A DNA stretch of 64,000 nt from a virus (Duplodnaviria > Caudoviricetes), in IMG/VR virus record IMGVR_UViG_3300025316_001101; one strand, written 5' to 3'. Each line of letters starts with the position of its first letter. The first letter of the stretch is position 1. Below the pieces are notes generated by a model. It was not told where the DNA came from, did no database searches, and saw only the letters and a program-made list of their open reading frames with translations. The position numbers and the translations under genes were made by a program. Positions 53,094 through 63,293 of the stretch are shown here, piece by piece.

Positions 53094-53504
53094 ATGATAA
53101 CTTTTAAGCAATTCATACAACTTTCGGAAGATAATACCATTGGGTATCATAACGACGGTCCAGGCAGTGGACTAGCGTATGGTAGCGGTGCGTTGCTTGG
53201 CAGCGATTTTACAGGAAGCGAAACTGCTGGCAAATTCTTGGGAAATCCCCTTCATTTACCAAGTTTAGACATGACGATTCCTCAGGTAGTTCGCTCTGGA
53301 GTAGTGCGACTCTTAGAAAAAAACAAAAATCCCATTCACATCTTGCTATCAGACGGAACAAGACTTCATTTAACCTGGGATCAATATAAAAGAATAGAAG
53401 GTACTGAACCGGCTATAGGCAAACTAATGCATGTGACATTTCAAAGAAACGTCAATAACGGCCCAGATGAAACATCTCAAATCACACAATGTCGTTGTGA
53501 TTAA
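53094..53504 (+). CDS. Protein with capsid-targeting-like N-terminus (MITFKQFIQLSE)
   Basis: ORF track; late-promoter-like upstream. Confidence 0.6.
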   Translation: MITFKQFIQLSEDNTIGYHNDGPGSGLAYGSGALLGSDFTGSETAGKFLGNPLHLPSLDMTIPQVVRSGVVRLLEKNKNPIHILLSDGTRLHLTWDQYKRIEGTEPAIGKLMHVTFQRNVNNGPDETSQITQCRCD

Positions 53505-53806
53505 TGTCTCTGTGATTCCCACACCTGTTCCCAAGTACGAGGCTGTTGAGGCTGTTCACCCGATTTCTTGATATATGGTAAATATGCTGCTGGTGGTCTT
53601 CTGGGATCGACCCGATCTGGATCAAATCCTGGATTGTACGGTCCTGGAGCATAATCCCTTTGCAATCTTTGCATAACCTTGTCGGCAGCCTTGTCGGCCG
53701 CTTTGTTGATCATTAAGGCCCCCACTCCAAACAAGAGAAAAATAGCCACGCTAACCGCCACCAACAAAACAGTAATCTTCTTTCCATCTATATTCATGAT
53801 TGGCAC
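53501..53806 (-). CDS. Membrane-anchored hypothetical protein
   Basis: N-terminal TM. Confidence 0.6.
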   Translation of the reverse strand: MPIMNIDGKKITVLLVAVSVAIFLLFGVGALMINKAADKAADKVMQRLQRDYAPGPYNPGFDPDRVDPRRPPAAYLPYIKKSGEQPQQPRTWEQVWESQRH

Positions 53807-53814
53807 CCTTTTTA

Positions 53815-54855
53815 CTACAATAGTTGATTGAAGTTTTTTCTTTTAGACCCATAACATGTTTTTTCTAAAGCCGCTAATTCTGACACCTTATTAGTATAAT
53901 CGTGTCCACCATTATCTGGCATATCTAAGTCTACTACTACCAATAAGTTGCCACGATTGTTCTCTCCCAAAAAAGGGAGACCCTGTTTAACCAATCTTAG
54001 CTTAGATCCCGGTGCCGTTTTAGATGGAATCCTTAGTTTAATTTTTCCACCATCAAGCGTTGGAATATCTAATTCTGTTCCAAACACAAGCTCAGAGAAT
54101 GTTAGAGGAATCGAACATAACAAATCTGTATTGCCTTGTCGTATAAAAAATTGATGAGGCTTTACGGTGACCATTACATAAAGATCTCCACGATCTCCAT
54201 TTTCCTCATCTCCTTGACCCTCTAATCTTAAATGCATGCCATCTACCACTCCAGGCGGAATATGAACAGATAAGGTTTCTTTTCTATTGGTTTTCCATCC
54301 CGCACCATTACAATCCGTACATTGTTTTCCTGGAAACTTTCCGCCGCCACGACATGTTGGACATGTAACCTCAAATCGCAATGGATTAACACTTAAAACC
54401 TTTCTTCCCGTCCCGCCACAAGCGTCACATGTTTTCCAATCAACTGCCCCTTGACCCATGCACATAACACATTTAGAGTGTCGATCTACAGATATGTCTT
54501 TTTTACATCCAGTAAGCACTTCTTGTAAATCAATAGCCACATCTACTTTAATGTCTCGTCCTTGTTTACGACGTACATTGTGGCCAAACCCAAACATATG
54601 GGCCATCATATCGTCGTATGCATAACGACCAACAGATGGCCCATGTCCCCCAACCTTACCATGAAGATCATATTCAGACCTTTTGGCAGGATTGTTCAAA
54701 ACTTCGAAAGCTTCATTTACCTTTTTGAACTGCTCTGTGGCGTCTTCACTAGGATTTACATCTGGATGGCATTCTCTGGCTCGCTTACGATATGCCTGTT
54801 GTATCTCTTCCAATGAAGCATCTTTTTTAACGCCTAAGGTCTCGTAATAATTCAT
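53815..54855 (-). CDS. dnaJ: Chaperone DnaJ
   Basis: J domain with HPD, four CxxCxGxG repeats, C-terminal domain. Confidence 0.95.
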   Translation of the reverse strand: MNYYETLGVKKDASLEEIQQAYRKRARECHPDVNPSEDATEQFKKVNEAFEVLNNPAKRSEYDLHGKVGGHGPSVGRYAYDDMMAHMFGFGHNVRRKQGRDIKVDVAIDLQEVLTGCKKDISVDRHSKCVMCMGQGAVDWKTCDACGGTGRKVLSVNPLRFEVTCPTCRGGGKFPGKQCTDCNGAGWKTNRKETLSVHIPPGVVDGMHLRLEGQGDEENGDRGDLYVMVTVKPHQFFIRQGNTDLLCSIPLTFSELVFGTELDIPTLDGGKIKLRIPSKTAPGSKLRLVKQGLPFLGENNRGNLLVVVDLDMPDNGGHDYTNKVSELAALEKTCYGSKRKNFNQLL

Positions 54856-54888
54856 AGCTTGTTACAATACAAAGCCTTTATAATGGCA

Positions 54889-55209
54889 TTAAAGTTCTAG
54901 AGACGATTGTTCAAACAGAATAGCTTTCACAGCATGCAGTTCAACCAAACCTAATAATCGTTCGTTATCCCGTGGATAGTCTGGTACTGGCGTGTAATTT
55001 CCAGATAACAGTATTCGCTGCCCTACTTTAACCTGTCCCTCTTTACCTTCTCCGTATACATGTGGACCAATCTTCAACACATATGCCTGAGGAGCCCCCA
55101 CATTGCTTTTACCCTCTACATGCAGCCTTGTGCCCAAAGCCTCCTGTGAAGAAAGCATTTCTACCAAAATCTGCGAACCTACCGGTTCGACGCCTGCTAC
55201 CTTATTCAT
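54889..55209 (-). CDS. groES: GroES-like co-chaperonin
   Basis: VEPVGSQILVE...VLKIGP...VKVGQRIL. Confidence 0.7.
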   Translation of the reverse strand: MNKVAGVEPVGSQILVEMLSSQEALGTRLHVEGKSNVGAPQAYVLKIGPHVYGEGKEGQVKVGQRILLSGNYTPVPDYPRDNERLLGLVELHAVKAILFEQSSLEL

Positions 55210-55262
55210 TATTATCTCCTTGTGATGATATAACGTCTATACAGAGATAATAGTGTGCTGTT

Positions 55263-55802
55263 TTATTTTTTACTTTTTCCAGGCTCTAAATGACACATCA
55301 TCATACGACCTTCTAATCTTGGTTTCTGAGTTGCTATACCTACGTCTTGTAAAGCCTCTAAGGCTTTATTAATCACTTCCAAACCTAGATTTTGATGCGC
55401 CATTTCTGCACCTGTAAACTTTAATTTTAAGCATACTTTATGCCCGTCCTCTAAGAACCCACGCATTAATCTAACCTTAGTTTCTAGATCATGCTCAGCA
55501 ATCTTAGGACTTAATCTCATCTCTTTAAGTTGAGACTGTTTAGTGTGTTGCTTCTTCTCCCGTACACTTTTTTCATACTTGAACTTTCCATAGTCCATAA
55601 TCTTACAAACTGGTGGACGAGCGTGGGCCACCACTTCTACCAAATCTAACCCCGCATCTTTTGCTCTCTGCAAAGCGTCCTTGGTTAGCATAACTCCCAA
55701 ATTATCATCTCCCTCTATCACTAAAATCGGAGACAGCTTAATCTGGTGATTTACCCTAGTAAAATCAGACTGGCCACTAGGTTTAGCATATTTATTTGCC
55801 AT
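55263..55802 (-). CDS. infC: Translation initiation factor IF-3
   Basis: RVNHQI...LDLVEV...PPVCKIMDYGKFKYE...KEMRLSPKIAEHDLETK. Confidence 0.95.
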   Translation of the reverse strand: MANKYAKPSGQSDFTRVNHQIKLSPILVIEGDDNLGVMLTKDALQRAKDAGLDLVEVVAHARPPVCKIMDYGKFKYEKSVREKKQHTKQSQLKEMRLSPKIAEHDLETKVRLMRGFLEDGHKVCLKLKFTGAEMAHQNLGLEVINKALEALQDVGIATQKPRLEGRMMMCHLEPGKSKK

Positions 55803-57384
55803 GTGCCTCTATCATTCTCCTCAAAACCGGTGAAATATCGTCCTTCGGAACGACTACGTTAATTACAAATAGTTTACTACTTTTACACGCCTTTGTAAAT
55901 GCCTCTTCCAACTCCACTTCTGTCTCTACCTTTACTCCTTCACTGTGCGGAATCATCTGAACGATCTGCTCATAATTCCATTCTGCTGTTTGACAAAAAT
56001 CCACACCGGTCTGCTTTTTAACAGCAGATCCATGATTATTTAAGACCACTACTATTGGGTTTAATCCCATAGCGGCAATTGTCCCCAACTCTACACAAGA
56101 AAATTGAAATGCTCCATCTCCCACAATCACTATAGGCCGAACTTCTGGCTTAGCTAATTGCACCCCCAAAGCTGCCGGAATAGCAAATCCCTTGCTGCCG
56201 TGGTATAACGGTGAAAGAAAGTGGTTGTGTCGGTGAGTCACTAAATTTATAGACCCGAATAAACTATCCCCCGCATCAGCTATGATTGCCATTTGCGGAT
56301 CTAAAATGGAATTGATCTTGTCAAATAGTCTCTTCACAGTAATCTTAACATTGTCCTGTGGAAAATAATCTTCATGTTCATAAGACTTTGCCCAAGTAGA
56401 ATCATACTTCTTATGAGAAACTTCAAGCTTAGAAAGTCCTTTGATTACATCACTAAATGCAATGTATTTATACCAATGATGATTCACTCTAGCGTTATTT
56501 ACAGAAACCGATACTTCAGGGTGTGCTCCCTCAAATTCTACTGGCACCCTTCCCTCTGTGTCTGACATAGCATGTCCTAGAACCAGTACGCAATCAGAAT
56601 CCTCTACCATCTTTCGCATGAATTCAGAACTACCCTTGCCAGCATATACTCCCAAAGAGAGCGGATGGGTTTCACTAATAACCGATTTGCTCAATGGAGT
56701 TGTAGCGATTGGAATGTTTGCCTTCATGGCAAATTTCAATAATTCATTACCCAACCCAAATCTAGAAATCTGCACACCCGCAATGATCACAGGCCGCTGT
56801 GACTTTTCTAACAAGCATTTTATTTCACCAAGTAATTCGACCAACGGCCCTTCTTTTGTTTTAGGAGCCTCTGGCGTTCCCTGTTTGTACACATCGTATG
56901 TGACTGGTTTCTTGAGCAAGTCCCGTGGAACTTCGATATAAACAGGCAATTTATAAAAATTCAATTTTTCAAATGCATAGTCAATCATGTATCCTACTTC
57001 TGATTGATTCAACACAACATGACTACAAGTAATTTCCTCGATACTTTTCCAAGCATCGAAATCTAAAGCGTCTTCTTTTTCTCCAGGTGCTCCACCAATT
57101 ACTATCAATGGAGATCGTTCAGTGTATGCACACGCCACAGCATCGGCTAACTTCCATAGTCCAGTATTGAAGTCTATACAGACACAACCCGAACCAACCA
57201 CTCTGGCATAAGCATCTGCTGCAAATCCCGCATGTAATTCGCTAGTAGTACAAATAAAATTTATGTCGTTAGCAGCCGCAATTGCTCTACATAAATCTAC
57301 ATTATATCTACCAACAACTCCAAACACATGTTTGATGCCAGCGCCTCTAATTCTCTCGATGAGGAAGTCGGTAACTGTTGCCAT
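55792..57384 (-). CDS. ThDP-dependent enzyme of the pyruvate/indolepyruvate decarboxylase family
   Basis: SELHAGFAADAYAR, GDGAFQ...NNHG ThDP motif, IADAGDS. Confidence 0.85.
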   Translation of the reverse strand: MATVTDFLIERIRGAGIKHVFGVVGRYNVDLCRAIAAANDINFICTTSELHAGFAADAYARVVGSGCVCIDFNTGLWKLADAVACAYTERSPLIVIGGAPGEKEDALDFDAWKSIEEITCSHVVLNQSEVGYMIDYAFEKLNFYKLPVYIEVPRDLLKKPVTYDVYKQGTPEAPKTKEGPLVELLGEIKCLLEKSQRPVIIAGVQISRFGLGNELLKFAMKANIPIATTPLSKSVISETHPLSLGVYAGKGSSEFMRKMVEDSDCVLVLGHAMSDTEGRVPVEFEGAHPEVSVSVNNARVNHHWYKYIAFSDVIKGLSKLEVSHKKYDSTWAKSYEHEDYFPQDNVKITVKRLFDKINSILDPQMAIIADAGDSLFGSINLVTHRHNHFLSPLYHGSKGFAIPAALGVQLAKPEVRPIVIVGDGAFQFSCVELGTIAAMGLNPIVVVLNNHGSAVKKQTGVDFCQTAEWNYEQIVQMIPHSEGVKVETEVELEEAFTKACKSSKLFVINVVVPKDDISPVLRRMIEAHGK

Positions 57385-57389
57385 TTATC

Positions 57390-58178
57390 TTATCCCGCCG
57401 TTGGTGAATCGATTACTTTAATTAGGAATCCTTCGCCATCAACAGGGAACCGTCTTACCCACTCCGCTCCTAAAGTCACACATCCAAAATCAGCAGTGCT
57501 TGGAGTAAAACTGGGTATAACACTTATATCAGAGCCAAGGGCTGTTAATGCCTGAAGCGATACCTTCAACACCTTAAATTCTAACATAAAACAACCAGCT
57601 AAGCAAGTGTCACTTGGCATCCAATTGTACACTAAGAATGTGTTCATTAATTGATCGGCTGTAGTGGTGCCATCTACATTTAGAATGTCTTCTTTTTGAA
57701 ATTCAATAGTGCCCGTAGAATTCCCTTCCCCCTTCAAGATTTTTAATGATGAACCTTTAGAATAACTACCAATTGGCGTACCGTGATATCCACGTTCCAC
57801 CTGAATGAAATAATTGTTTTCATCAAACCCTATAACCCGCATATGTTCTGGCAAGCGGGCACGATCCATAACAATTACATCACCAGCAAGAATTTGATTA
57901 AAGCCAATGTTATCAGCTAAAGCAAAATAATTGTCATCTATAGAAGCAGTTAAAGCTTTTTTCAGTTTGCCTTTAGCCCACATGTTGACTTCAACCACAA
58001 TATCTGGATCTGTCAAATCTAATGGTCCATCGCAATCCTCAACCGACACCTTAAAAGCAGGTACAGTGTCGTGTCGTTTAATAGTAAAATCTGGACAATT
58101 TGATCCGCATGGATCTAGACAATCAGAAGTTGTAATAGAACCACATGCTGCCCCGGTTTGTGCGCCATAAATAGTCAT
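57390..58178 (-). CDS. Putative virion structural protein
   Basis: FTIKRHDT.P.F...C.LEFKV, baseplate-upper-protein-like layout. Confidence 0.5.
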   Translation of the reverse strand: MTIYGAQTGAACGSITTSDCLDPCGSNCPDFTIKRHDTVPAFKVSVEDCDGPLDLTDPDIVVEVNMWAKGKLKKALTASIDDNYFALADNIGFNQILAGDVIVMDRARLPEHMRVIGFDENNYFIQVERGYHGTPIGSYSKGSSLKILKGEGNSTGTIEFQKEDILNVDGTTTADQLMNTFLVYNWMPSDTCLAGCFMLEFKVLKVSLQALTALGSDISVIPSFTPSTADFGCVTLGAEWVRRFPVDGEGFLIKVIDSPTAG

Positions 58179-58220
58179 GTAATTATATATCTTACCTACA
58201 ATGTATTCCCGCTTGCAACG

Positions 58221-59144
58221 TCATAAATTTGTAAACACATCTGATGTCGAGCCATCTGAATACACTCTCCACCATATACAATGCAACTTCCGGTCCTTGT
58301 GTTCCCCGTATGTTACTTCCACATGATGTGTAGGACATAACGATGCAATGTCTTGAACCCTATTCAATGTTCGATCAGCACATATATGATGCAATTCAAT
58401 ATATCTATCATAATTACATAGGCAACACCTTCCTTTTGCTGATCCGCACGCTATAGCTCGCTTCAAAGATAAATAAAAATTATTACTATTGCGAAAATCA
58501 CTAAATAAAAGACAATCATTCCTAAACATTCTAAACTTGTTGGCCCTTAATCTAATTGCATTAGCACTTCTGTTCATTTTTTTTGCAATATCTTCCACCG
58601 ATAGTGCTTCAGCGTATAACAACCTCAATTCATTATCATCCTCTTCTTTCCAAAAATGTTGCGTCTTACGTTTCGATGGCAAACCAATTTGTTTAATTCT
58701 GTGCCGCACCGATTTTAGCGACCTGCCCAAATTATCAGCCAATTTAGTTAAACTCATATCTCTATTATCTTCTAGCCATTTGATTTCGTCAACAGTCCAT
58801 GATTTTGGATTAAATTTTCTCTTTGGATCAGATAATTCCAAGTTCTCAATACGATTATTTTTTTTATCACCATCTTTATGAGAAACTTCTTTGCCAGTAT
58901 TTACAAAACCATATTGCGACAACCATATGGCTCGACATACGTAAAAATGTCGTTGTGCTTTATCGCCAATTTTAATGCCAAACAAAAGATTGCCGTTCAA
59001 TTCCCATCCCCGAGCAATATGATTACCAATGGCGTCCTTTTTCCCAGAAAAAACCACTCCATTTTTAGCATCAACTATTATTTCTTTAGATCTGATTTTT
59101 AGTAAAACAACTTGATCATATTTTCCATTTTGAACCGATTCCAT
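58221..59144 (-). CDS. HNH endonuclease with HTH repeats
   Basis: SHKDGDKKNNRIENL; WT.DE/W..E.D repeats; second HH...LCPTHH. Confidence 0.8.
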   Translation of the reverse strand: MESVQNGKYDQVVLLKIRSKEIIVDAKNGVVFSGKKDAIGNHIARGWELNGNLLFGIKIGDKAQRHFYVCRAIWLSQYGFVNTGKEVSHKDGDKKNNRIENLELSDPKRKFNPKSWTVDEIKWLEDNRDMSLTKLADNLGRSLKSVRHRIKQIGLPSKRKTQHFWKEEDDNELRLLYAEALSVEDIAKKMNRSANAIRLRANKFRMFRNDCLLFSDFRNSNNFYLSLKRAIACGSAKGRCCLCNYDRYIELHHICADRTLNRVQDIASLCPTHHVEVTYGEHKDRKLHCIWWRVYSDGSTSDVFTNL

Positions 59145-59197
59145 AAAATTACCTCCACTATTATATAGTTATGATAATTTTGTTTTTCCAGTAAAAA

Positions 59198-59758
59198 TTA
59201 TACTTGCTTGGAATTTGATCTAAACACACCCATATTTTCCAATTGTTTTATTCTATTTGACAACCAATCCAGATTTCCACTAAACGCCTCAACTATGACC
59301 CCACCCTTCTCAGCAATTTCATCTGCGTCCTCGAATATTTTTTTATCAAGCATCATAGATCCACCATCATAAACACGACCGCTAAAATACACTACTTTTG
59401 CGATTCCTGCTGCGACTATCTTCAGCATACATGCCGCACATGGTTTCCCAGTCACATAAATTATGGCTCCTGTCAATCTATTCCTATCCGAATGATCAAT
59501 AGCATTTATTTCACTGTGAATAATATTCTTATATTTATAAGGTCGAGACCAATCCATTTCTACATCATCATATTGCGCAGGAGGTCCATTATACCCCGAT
59601 CCTAATGGATAATTATCGCATGTCACTATTTGTGATCCATGTTGTGTATTAGGATCTTTAGAAAAAGAAGCATGAATGAACGCTAATCCCATATACTTCT
59701 CATCTCTTGTTGGCACCTGTCTAGGCGCTATTTCACTAGTATTTCCGCTAACTTGCAT
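59198..59758 (-). CDS. dCMP deaminase
   Basis: SKDP, GYNG, HSEINAI, PCAAC. Confidence 0.9.
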   Translation of the reverse strand: MQVSGNTSEIAPRQVPTRDEKYMGLAFIHASFSKDPNTQHGSQIVTCDNYPLGSGYNGPPAQYDDVEMDWSRPYKYKNIIHSEINAIDHSDRNRLTGAIIYVTGKPCAACMLKIVAAGIAKVVYFSGRVYDGGSMMLDKKIFEDADEIAEKGGVIVEAFSGNLDWLSNRIKQLENMGVFRSNSKQV

Positions 59759-60255
59759 TTGTCTTCAACCTCTCTTGCTATTACTATTAAACGATTAGAT
59801 TCCAACCACGATTTGGCCGATTTGTCTGGACTAGCTATTAAGTGTGGCAAATGGAATTGAACCAATTTGTCGTCATATTGCGTTCTAGAAATATCAAAAA
59901 TATCCTTGCCCTTAAACCAAACTCCAAATCTCCTCATGCATCTTCGAAGCGCTATATCATTATAATGCTCTCCTGGCTGCGTTTGCTTCCTGTAATCCAG
60001 TCCAGAATCCAGATCATGCCTATTATAAACAAAAACGTCTAATTTTGCAACTAGCTCTTTTACCCGATTGATATCCTGGCGAAGGAATAGCCAATAAGCG
60101 TCCTCGTACAATTGCATTCCAAGCTCATATGCAAACAATTGTTTGCCAACCTTGAAAACCCAAAACCAATTACCTTTTCCGGCTTTTCTGTTTACCGAAC
60201 GTAAAAAGTCTTCACGATCTCTGTCTATGCCAAATGGGTTTATAAAATTTAACAT
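59728..60255 (-). CDS. Hypothetical protein
   Basis: ORF track. Confidence 0.6.
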   Translation of the reverse strand: MLNFINPFGIDRDREDFLRSVNRKAGKGNWFWVFKVGKQLFAYELGMQLYEDAYWLFLRQDINRVKELVAKLDVFVYNRHDLDSGLDYRKQTQPGEHYNDIALRRCMRRFGVWFKGKDIFDISRTQYDDKLVQFHLPHLIASPDKSAKSWLESNRLIVIAREVEDKCKLAEILVK

Positions 60256-60659
60256 TAATCCACCGATTGTAAATATTCTATTCTATAGCAATCGGCTTTA
60301 TATGCTGATTTGAAACGATTTAGATCCGCCAATTGATCTGTAGATAAATACCCCTTAATAACTACTTCTGGAAGTGGAATGTTGGCCGACCATCCCTCGG
60401 AGCTTTCCATATTTGCTTTACAAGTTATGGGGATAAAACCCAAACAAATATAATCTATACACCGTACTCCGAAGAAATCGCCAACCGTATCATAGATGTA
60501 TCCACCTATTGGCATTCCTTTCCCAACTGCAATCCGAAAGACTTTATTGCGATCCACATGTTGTGCATCTATGGCCATTGCTATCACATAGGTGCGAGCA
60601 GATAAAACATGTACTTGAAGATGGTGTTTGATATCTGCTACGTCGGTATTTGGCGTCAA
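60255..60659 (-). CDS. Hypothetical protein
   Basis: ORF track. Confidence 0.55.
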   Translation of the reverse strand: MTPNTDVADIKHHLQVHVLSARTYVIAMAIDAQHVDRNKVFRIAVGKGMPIGGYIYDTVGDFFGVRCIDYICLGFIPITCKANMESSEGWSANIPLPEVVIKGYLSTDQLADLNRFKSAYKADCYRIEYLQSVD

Positions 60660-60664
60660 ATCAA

Positions 60665-60895
60665 TTACTCACTCTTCTTGTGTTTCTTTTTTCGATGTGT
60701 TTTATGCTTTTTGTGCTTCTTGGGCTTGTCATCACCAGCTAGTTTATCTACTTGCCAAAACACTGCCGTACTATGTGCATTAACCCCAGCGGCCGGAATT
60801 GGTGGCATTAACCCCAAAGCTGCATTCCATCGTAATCTAGTAAATGGACTAGATTCTTGTGTTTGTAACCAATCTCTAAAACCTAATAGACTCAT
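60665..60895 (-). CDS. Small protein with FRDWLQTQE N-terminus and Lys/His-rich tail
   Basis: ORF track. Confidence 0.6.
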   Translation of the reverse strand: MSLLGFRDWLQTQESSPFTRLRWNAALGLMPPIPAAGVNAHSTAVFWQVDKLAGDDKPKKHKKHKTHRKKKHKKSE

Positions 60896-60984
60896 ATTAA
60901 TATATATTACAATATATCAAATAAAAAACCCAACATGGACTTTGTAAAAAGTCTATGTTGGGTGCCAACTACAATCTAATCGCA

Positions 60985-61314
60985 TTACCGAACTTTATAC
61001 TTGCCAGACTTGATAATCGCCAAAGGTTGAAAATCACCTTGTAAGGCTGCCTCCTGGGCTGCCTCATGGGCTTTTTCAAGTCGCTGCAATTTTACTTTCA
61101 GCGTCCTAATCCATCGGTTACTGCAATAGTATCCAGTATGATCCGTAAAGTGTAAATAGCTTCGATAGGTAAGGTAATACTTGATAAATTGCCGCTGTAA
61201 TATACCTCGGAAATACTTCCAGAGGTATTCTTGATCTTTTGGCAATTCTAAATCAAATATTCGACCCGAAATGAATTCCAGTTCTGGGTCCAATTCAGGT
61301 TCTACCGATGACAT
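60985..61314 (-). CDS. Hypothetical protein
   Basis: ORF track. Confidence 0.6.
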   Translation of the reverse strand: MSSVEPELDPELEFISGRIFDLELPKDQEYLWKYFRGILQRQFIKYYLTYRSYLHFTDHTGYYCSNRWIRTLKVKLQRLEKAHEAAQEAALQGDFQPLAIIKSGKYKVR

Positions 61315-61810
61315 TCACGCCCTCACAAATCTCAAGATACATCAACATCAATCCCGGTGCAAACACTTTGGGAATATCCAAAGTCTTGCAATGATTCAAA
61401 ATTGAAATTACGAATTTCACTTCACGGGGCACGGTCACCGCATCATCTGTTTCCCAAGTGACTTGGTGTTCTGCCCGCTGTAACGCAGCGTAGGCCGTCT
61501 TGGCACCATACTCTACATCAGTATTGAGTACCAATGTCATATAGTCTTCGGACTGTAGAAGCCGCTTGGGCACCGGCCCTCCACAATACATTGCCTTATC
61601 CTTAAAGAATACGCCAATGCATATGTGAACATAAGATTTTGCATCCCACATGCATTGCTTGTAATATTCCTCTTTCTTATGGCTTTCGCCAGTTTCCTCC
61701 GTTTCACAAAAGGCTTCAGAATCAAATTCTGAAACTTCAGGTTGAACTTCATCTTCCAAGTCGAAATCTTCCTGATACGACACGTCCTGCGCATTCAAAA
61801 CACTAGGCAT
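61295..61810 (-). CDS. Hypothetical acidic protein
   Basis: ORF track; GGAG RBS. Confidence 0.6.
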   Translation of the reverse strand: MPSVLNAQDVSYQEDFDLEDEVQPEVSEFDSEAFCETEETGESHKKEEYYKQCMWDAKSYVHICIGVFFKDKAMYCGGPVPKRLLQSEDYMTLVLNTDVEYGAKTAYAALQRAEHQVTWETDDAVTVPREVKFVISILNHCKTLDIPKVFAPGLMLMYLEICEGVNVIGRT

Positions 61811-61914
61811 GTAAATCTCCTACGATTTAGTTGTGGCATCCTGCGATAAATTATTAAGCAAATTCATTACCAACGTCAATACATATATCAGACACACTAT
61901 ATGGGAGGACTTTT

Positions 61915-62445
61915 ATGAAAAAATTCATCGCTCCGTTATTAATCGCTCTATTATTCCTTTCTGGTTGCAGTGGCAATCTTTCGCCACTTAGTCCAAATTC
62001 CAAGAAAAAAATTCAAAATCAAAATGGCAAAATCGAAGAACTAAAAGACAACCAAAACAGCGTAGCTGCTGAAATTGGAAAGTTGCGAAATGAAACCCAA
62101 GTTACTGCGGAAAAAATTAATAGTTTCCAGCAACAACAGGGCATGCTCAACAAAGAGAATTCAGGCATACAAATCCTCCAGGGCGATGGAGCCCTCATTG
62201 CCCTAATCGTTTTAACGACTCTTGGCATGGTATTGGTCTACTACTATCGAACGGAAGCATTAAAGGCTAAAAAGGTAAACGATATACTCGCTCACCAGAT
62301 CGTCCAAGCCAATAATCTTGACCTGGAGGACCAAGTTTTTCTAGCAGGCATGCATAGTGACGTAGAACCTGATCTGTATCATCTGATGGTGCAAAAGCAA
62401 ACCCAGTTGGGCGTAATACGACACCGTGGCCTAACAAGTCTCTAA
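61915..62445 (+). CDS. Lipoprotein with coiled coil and TM segment
   Basis: Lipobox LSGC. Confidence 0.65.
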   Translation: MKKFIAPLLIALLFLSGCSGNLSPLSPNSKKKIQNQNGKIEELKDNQNSVAAEIGKLRNETQVTAEKINSFQQQQGMLNKENSGIQILQGDGALIALIVLTTLGMVLVYYYRTEALKAKKVNDILAHQIVQANNLDLEDQVFLAGMHSDVEPDLYHLMVQKQTQLGVIRHRGLTSL

Positions 62446-62494
62446 CTCTGAATTTTCAAATTATACGACTTCTAACGGTTGTGTCAAGGTGACC

Positions 62495-62803
62495 TCATGG
62501 AGAATCCTTGTCGTACCCTTGCTCAACGTGTCTCAGCAGGGGATATCCGCTACAATTGTCTCCAATTGGCGAACCTTGAGAGAACGGATCGGTCCCTGCT
62601 TTTCTGCATTCTTCTCTATACTTTTCCACCGTAACATCAATTTTGTCTTTCTTGGACCGGATTAATTTCTGACAATACCACTTCTTCCAATCCACCTCAT
62701 CTTGTGCTAAATACCTGCACTGAGCAGATCCCCCAGAGTAACACAGACACACATCTTGCAACTGCTTGTTTGATAACATATCACATCCCCTTGCTAACAA
62801 CAA
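62495..62803 (-). CDS. Cys-rich hypothetical protein
   Basis: ORF track. Confidence 0.6.
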   Translation of the reverse strand: MLLARGCDMLSNKQLQDVCLCYSGGSAQCRYLAQDEVDWKKWYCQKLIRSKKDKIDVTVEKYREECRKAGTDPFSQGSPIGDNCSGYPLLRHVEQGYDKDSP

Positions 62804-63293
62804 TCTCTTCGCCTATATCTGAAATCAAAATGCCTTTTGCGTGATCAATTTCATGCTGATAAACGACGGCCATATAGCCGTCAATGATTTTATCAATAGG
62901 TTCTAAATGTAACCTATCATCCGCCAATAATTCCTGTCCAACCACTCTGATTTTTTCGTGCCTTTCCACCTTAAAGTGTCGTAATTTACCCATCGAAGTT
63001 CTTAATGACAAACACCCTTCTACCGACTGCCGCTTCACATCATCTACTGGTTCGTACTCGCAATCGATCATGAAGTGTAAATCCGTAGGCATCCGACAAA
63101 TTATGAAAAGTTTCCACGGAATACCAATTTGTACGGCAGCTAAACCAACGCCATCATTTTCACAGCATAGCTTAGACATTTCCACGCACAAATTATACAA
63201 TTTTACAAGATTGTCTTTAGGCGGAGCGACAACCTCTTCTTTTTTTGAAATTTTATCCACTAAGACAATGGAATATTCTGACATGGATTTCAT
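62781..63293 (-). CDS. def: Peptide deformylase
   Basis: GVGLAAVQIG, EGCLS, QHEIDH. Confidence 0.93.
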   Translation of the reverse strand: MKSMSEYSIVLVDKISKKEEVVAPPKDNLVKLYNLCVEMSKLCCENDGVGLAAVQIGIPWKLFIICRMPTDLHFMIDCEYEPVDDVKRQSVEGCLSLRTSMGKLRHFKVERHEKIRVVGQELLADDRLHLEPIDKIIDGYMAVVYQHEIDHAKGILISDIGEEIVVSKGM

